Assembly: GCA_001275005.1 (NCBI GenBank)
Contig: JWZX01002588.1
Coordinates: 1 to 36,380, forward strand
Length of the DNA stretch: 36,380 nt
Direction: 5' to 3'
DNA from: Chrysochromulina tobinii
Taxonomy: Eukaryota
Part shown: piece by piece, positions 31,343 to 36,380 of the stretch
Layout of the letters: the number at the start of each line of letters is the position of its first letter
How positions within the stretch are numbered: position 1 is the first letter of the stretch
Notes under the pieces: generated by a model
The model's database searches: none
What the model was told of the DNA's origin: nothing
The model's input: only the letters and a program-made list of their open reading frames with translations
Made by a program: the position numbers and the translations under genes

Positions 31343-32049
31343 GCATGCGTGCGGGTGCGCGGCGGCGGCAGATGGCATGACGCACAATGCTACTGTTACA
31401 AGCGATGAGAGGGTCACGAACTCCGCTGATGAAGATGATGCACGACCCTGGTGCCGGCGGCCCGACAAGTCGGCTGGCCAGTGCGCAGTGGCACGACGTG
31501 CGCGCTCTCTCCTCGTTCCCTCAGAAACGAGCCGGACCTTATGTACCTAAGTATGTACGTATCGTGTGACTGCGGACGTTGCGCCTGCTGATGTTGGAGA
31601 TGTGCGCGCGGGATGCCCAACGCGGGGGCCACGGTGCGGCGCGGCCGGCGCGGCGGGCGTCGCGCGACGCGCCCCTCGCGCGGCGCGTCGGGGGCGGCGC
31701 CCCACGCACAGTCACCGCGTCGCCACTTAAAGAAAGCTTCAACTCCTGGCGAAGGAGAGTACCTAAGCGCGCACTATCGCGCCAATCCGTCGGCCGATTC
31801 GGATAGATTCTAGTTCCTGGGTGCTGTCAGCACGAAGTTCGTTAACGGCTTTGCAGCTCCGAACGTCTCGCATATCAATCGCTCGCGCCGGGTTTCGGTC
31901 GGATAGGTGCGAAGGGAAGGCCGAATAGGTGCCGGTCGGCGGGATTTGGAAGCTGGCCGATGAGGTAATTCGTGAGGTGTGCGAACACGAGATTGTGTGC
32001 TTATCCATCAGCCGGATCTTGACGAGCGTGTCGTGACTCCTCAGACTCC

Positions 32050-32394
32050 TCACGGAGTACTCATGTCGAACATGGAGGTCGGGTCCTCGGCCGCTTTCCT
32101 AATCACTGCACTCTCCTCCTCGCTGAACACGTCGCCATTCGACGGTTGCGTTCGCGCCGCCACATGCTTATGTCGGGCGTGCGGGCGCATGCGAGCGTGC
32201 TTAAGCTCCGACTGCGCATCACGGAGCCGTGCAAAAGGAGCACCGCCGCGCTGCTGTGGCGGTTGTGGCTGCTGCTGCATGGCTGGAGGTGCTGTGGTGG
32301 CTCCTGGGCCGTACAGCAGCAGCGCAAAAATTCCCAAGGCCGCGACGAACGCGACCGTCGCGCGCAAACAATATCGGGCGTCCGCGACTTCCAT
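32050..32394 (-). CDS. Short hypothetical membrane protein, possibly a truncated or pseudogenised gene
   Basis: TM-like VAFVAALGIFALLLY; the stop lies in a TGAGGAGTC x2 duplication. Confidence 0.4.
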   Translation of the reverse strand: MEVADARYCLRATVAFVAALGIFALLLYGPGATTAPPAMQQQPQPPQQRGGAPFARLRDAQSELKHARMRPHARHKHVAARTQPSNGDVFSEEESAVIRKAAEDPTSMFDMSTP

Positions 32395-32422
32395 GGGGGG
32401 GCGGGAACAAGACGATTGCGTC

Positions 32423-32506
32423 GTATGAATAGTCAAGTCAAGTCAAGTCAAGTCAAGTCAAGTCAAGTCAAGTCAAGTCAAGTCAAGTCAAGTCAAGTAT
32501 GAATAG
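32423..32506. repeat. (TCAAG)12TCAA microsatellite flanked by perfect 10-bp direct repeat GTATGAATAG
   Basis: GTATGAATAG at 32423-32432 and 32497-32506. Confidence 0.95.
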
Positions 32507-32875
32507 ACTTCGTCCCACAAGGCTCGTCCCCCCGACGCTTCAGTGGCCGCTCCTGATCCTATCTGTCATCGAAAAGGTGTTCCAAGCTGTTCAGATAGAG
32601 CGACGGTACAATTGTATTGTAGGAATACATGTATTCGTCATGTGAGTCGTCAGAGTCCAATTTAATATTGCTCCAACCTCCAAGACTCCAACTCTCCATA
32701 CATATTTCGGTGCCTTGATCCTATTTTGTTCACTTGGTTGGGCCGATCTTTCTCGAACGAAATGGTCAGCACGAAGGGCTTTCGTATTAATTAGGTGGTT
32801 CAATTAAGGCAAGGCCACTCAGTTGACTTCGCGGATACTCCTTCTATCTTCTTCTGACGCCCAGCGCCAAGTGGC

Positions 32876-34171
32876 ATGGCGTGCACCTTCCCGATGTCCA
32901 CCGAGTCACCGAGCGCTTGGCTCGACGCGATCAACCTGGCCAGGTACAAGCCGACTCTGGAAAAGATGGGCGTGACGGAGGTGCAGCATCTTTACGCGCT
33001 GACCGAGGAGTCATTGCAGGCGGGCGGCATCGCCATGCCGGGCCATCGGAAGCGTATCATGCAGGCCCTCAAGGAGCTAGTGCCACCCGATGCGGCCATT
33101 CCTGCGGCCACTGCGGCCAACAGTGCTGTCGCCATGGAGCTTGAGCCGCGGATCGGTGCGATGGATATTGACGACGATGACAAGGTTGACCATAGACCCC
33201 GCGATCGGTCGCGGAATTTCGAGATGCCACCAGGTGCAATCCTGCCGTCCAAGGCGGCGGCGGCGGCGGCGGCGGCGGCGGCCGCAGCGGCAGCGGCCCA
33301 TAGCCCCACGACCAGCTCGTCGACGAGCACCAGCGACGACCCGAGGCCGGCGGCCGACTACAACCAGCGCCGGGCCAACTCCACGTCGTCCATCTTCATA
33401 TCGTCGACGCTGACAAAGCCTGACACGGAGGAGCTCGTGTTCTGCATCGCGGTCGTCATCCACGAACGCATCCAGCAGGGCGAAGCGCAGAGCCATGAGG
33501 TTCGACATCGCTTCCCCTTCTTCTCGGAGGACAACAATCCGCTGTACGCGGTGCCCTCTGAACTGGACGGCCGTGGCTCGGACTCGTCTGACGGCGGCTC
33601 CGACAGCGAGAAGAAGCGGACGCGGCGCGAGGTGCCCACGGAGGACACGATCTTCCACACGATCCGCTCCGTCTTCGAGTGCGCGCAGATCCCGGCCGAG
33701 TGCCTGATCGTCTCACTCGTCTACATGGAACGTCTGATCGCGACGACCTCCTGCCCCGTACTAGTGACCTCGTGGAGACCGATACTGCTCGCGTCCCTCA
33801 TCCTGGCACAAAAGGTGTGGGACGACCGGTCGCTCCACAACTCGGACTTCTCCGTCTTCTGCCCTATGTTCACCCTAAAGGAGATCAATTTCCTCGAGAA
33901 GAAGTTCCTCGAGATGGTCGACTACGACGTGTCTATCTCCGCCTCGCTCTACGCCTCGTACTACTTCCAGCTCCGCACGCTCTGTCAGCGGGTCGACCGC
34001 GAATTCACGCTGAAGCCGATCGACGTCGAAACCGCTGCTAAGCTCGAGGCGCGCGGCTCCGCGCACACGGCCAAGCTCAAGCAGACGGCGCCGCGCAAGA
34101 ACCAGTCGCTCAACGCGATCAGCGCGACGCCGGCCTCCTCCTCTGCCTTCCTGCACAAGCTGTTCAACTGA
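32876..34171 (+). CDS. Cyclin-Y-like cyclin with N-terminal SAM domain
   Basis: AECLIVSLVYMERL...WRPILLASLILAQKVWDD...LEKKFLEMVDYDV...LYASYYFQLR is typical of cyclin Y; WLDAINLARY...LTEESL...GI.MPGHRKRIMQAL is typical of SAM. Confidence 0.9.
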   Translation: MACTFPMSTESPSAWLDAINLARYKPTLEKMGVTEVQHLYALTEESLQAGGIAMPGHRKRIMQALKELVPPDAAIPAATAANSAVAMELEPRIGAMDIDDDDKVDHRPRDRSRNFEMPPGAILPSKAAAAAAAAAAAAAAAHSPTTSSSTSTSDDPRPAADYNQRRANSTSSIFISSTLTKPDTEELVFCIAVVIHERIQQGEAQSHEVRHRFPFFSEDNNPLYAVPSELDGRGSDSSDGGSDSEKKRTRREVPTEDTIFHTIRSVFECAQIPAECLIVSLVYMERLIATTSCPVLVTSWRPILLASLILAQKVWDDRSLHNSDFSVFCPMFTLKEINFLEKKFLEMVDYDVSISASLYASYYFQLRTLCQRVDREFTLKPIDVETAAKLEARGSAHTAKLKQTAPRKNQSLNAISATPASSSAFLHKLFN

Positions 34172-34594
34172 GCCCAAGCGTATCCAAGCGGATGGCGGCG
34201 AGCGCACCAGCCGAGGCCGCGTGTGCTCTACGGTATGGATATACCGGAGTGTCACATAGCCCCACGCACAGTGCACAAGTCCCGCACGAGCCGACACCGT
34301 ACAAGCGCGTCATGCTTAGGCGACTAGCATGTGCATGATCCGAGACACTCTCCGTTCTTCGAATAGCGTTCAGCTGTGTCGCTTGGTCCACTCTCTCGCT
34401 TTGTTTCGTATTGAGTCGCAGCGACAGCGACTCGCAGGCAGCAGTCGCTTTTTCTTGTGAATTTCCTTCATGTCAGAAATGGGGTGTTTGGCGCGAAGTT
34501 TGGAGTTGAGAGGGGCGACACACCAAACTGGCGCACCCCCCCAAAAAGCGCAAGGGTTCGCAGGCTCGGGTCCACATTGGAGCTGCGGCGCCAA

Positions 34595-36380
34595 ATGCCG
34601 AAGGAGAAGTCTGTCAAGGACCTTGCCTCTGGCCTGCCTCAGAGTGAGGCTGTCCGCATGGTGCTGGACACATTCGTGCTAAATGTGCCAGATGTGTCAG
34701 GCATCAGCCTGACAGCAGAAAACGTGGTCTCTGCGGCTGATGACGGCAAGGCTTCCTGGCAGGTAGGCGACGCCATCGTCTGGGTCGATGGCACAGAGGT
34801 CCGCAAGGGCAAGGCGGCAGTGGCTGATTCGATGAAGCCGGATGTCGCGACGCATACGATGGTGGTGCAGCGCATGGTGCCGGCAAAGCCTGGCTTCGTC
34901 ACCTTCATCGCCCGTATTGCTGGCGATCCTGGCCTGGGCATTGGTCTGACGGAGGACAATCGCATCTCGGAGCTAGCAGAAAAACGACCTGGCCGGAATG
35001 ATGGCCGTCTGGAGGTGCACTGCGCCGCGAGGAGCCGACGCTGCAGCAGTCGCCTAGCTGCGGCCCGAGCTGCTGCTGCGACCCCTTCTAGTGCTGCGAC
35101 CGCTGCGACCGCTGCGACCGCTGCGACCGCTGCGACCGCTGCGACCGCTGCGACCGCTGCGACAGCCGTTGCCGCCGCTGCGACGGCCGCTGCGCACCGC
35201 AAGCGCTCGATATGACAACAGTGCCTCTCACGGTGTTGCTCGCTCGCTTGTGTGCCGTGCGCAGGTGGGCGACTTCCTGATGATCTTCGATGGTGTGGAC
35301 GTGTCCGGCGGCAAGCGGACGCTGTCCGAAATCTACGACAAAGGGCGGCCGATACACGAGCTCGTGGTCTCACGTCAGCTCAAGCCGCCGCCTCAGCCAC
35401 CGATCGATCCCAAGACCAAAAAGCCTAAGCCGCTTCCGCCGCGAAAGCCCGTGCGCTTCAGTGCCTCCGTGCTCCCTACCATCCTACCGGCTGACCCGAA
35501 GGCCAAGAAAGGCGCGCCACCGGAGAAGCAGTTGCCGATCATGCTGGACGCGAAGCACGCCGTGACGGCGCTCCCGCCCGACATTGACGATATCCTGATA
35601 GGTGATGTGCTCGTCTCCATCGACGGCAAGGCGTGTTCTGCCTCGGCTTTGAAAGGCGACGCCAAGAAGATTGGCAAGCTGCTGTCCGAAAAGATCGACG
35701 TTCACATACTTGAGTTTGATCGCACGCCGCTCGAGCTCACGCCCGAGGACGAGCGTCTGCTCGCGGCCATCGCGTCCGCGCCCGCCACGGCGCCCGCCGC
35801 CGCTCCAGCTGCCGCGGACCCGACTCCTGCTGCTGAGGCGGGCTCCTCGACAGAGGCCCCGACAGAAGGCGCCCCCGCTGCTTCCCGCCTCTTCGAGGTG
35901 ACTGGATGGTCGAACTCCTCGAGCACCTTCAAGCCCGTGTGCCAGGCCACCTGCTCGCATGCCTTCTCAGCCGATTTGCCCAAATCGCTCGACCTCAAAT
36001 ACATCAAGCGGAGTGACATGCCCGCTGCCGACCTAGTCGAGTGGTCGATGCCGCCTGAGGGAGAGACGAATCGACTAGACGCGCTCATCTCCTTCTTCAA
36101 GCAGCACGACCGTGTGGGGCGACTGGATCTCGCCGACGGGCAGTCGATCTTTTTGGTGGGCAAGAATGCCGACAGTGGCGAGCTCCTATGGCGACGCACC
36201 GCGCCGCCGGCTGCCGCGCCGCCCGAGGCGCCGCCGCCCGCAGAGACGCCCGTGGAGGCGGCTACGGACGAGGCGGCGGCTGCTGAGGCGGCGGCGGCTG
36301 CTGAGTCAGCGGCGGCTGCTGAGGCGGCGGCCGCGGCGGAGGCGGCGGCCGCGGCGGAGGCGGCGGCGGCGGCGGAGGCG
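34595..36380 (+). CDS. Multi-PDZ-like protein with SPOC-like domain (3' end outside window); exons 34595-35014, 35265->36380
   Basis: WQVGDAIVWVDG, GLGIGL...DGRLE|VGDFLMIFDG, ILIGDVLVSIDG (PDZ-like); LPKSLDL...LISFFKQHDRVGRLDL...IFLV (SPOC-like). Confidence 0.7.
35015..35264 (+). other. GT-AG intron (250 nt) containing about 8 copies of GCTGCGACC at 35093-35163
   Basis: GAG|GTGCAC...GCGCAG|GTGGGC; restores the PDZ motif GRLEVGD. Confidence 0.85.

Noticed and set aside
35012..35267. Counting the PDZ-gene intron in the duplication family
   Set aside because: Only AG|GTG is shared at both ends (ordinary proto-splice consensus) and its repeat lacks the CTGAT core.

Overview
GC-rich, gene-dense eukaryotic DNA with spliceosomal introns. 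It is most consistent with a haptophyte alga (inference from plastid-type presequences, the short introns, a probable GC-AG intron and the gene content). About 18 protein-coding genes: an ankyrin-repeat protein (runs off the left edge), a tandem PAP/fibrillin protein, a HET-like+LRR protein, a HET-like+9xTPR protein, a GT8 glycosyltransferase, cobalamin-dependent methionine synthase (metH/MTR), a TPR co-chaperone-like protein, a CSPP1-like protein, a RING-finger protein, an atypical thioredoxin, a GT-B glycosyltransferase, a Zn-finger/alpha-beta hydrolase, a GNAT+2xLysM protein, a SAM+cyclin-Y protein, a PDZ+SPOC-like protein (runs off the right edge) and several hypotheticals. The most striking signal is in the introns. 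Five of nine inferred introns carry a direct copy of the adjacent exon, from a 4-nt exact match up to 33 nt. Four of the five are filled with sense-oriented minisatellites built on the branch-point-like core CTGAT(TGC). A (TCAAG)n array outside genes is likewise bracketed by a perfect 10-bp duplication. Together these suggest a duplication-plus-repeat-filler mechanism of intron gain. Also seen: an 83-bp inverted copy of an ankyrin repeat inside its own CDS, a TGT...ACA TIR element, a 79-bp repeat upstream of two genes and a perfect 20-bp hairpin. All splice sites are inferred from sequence only.
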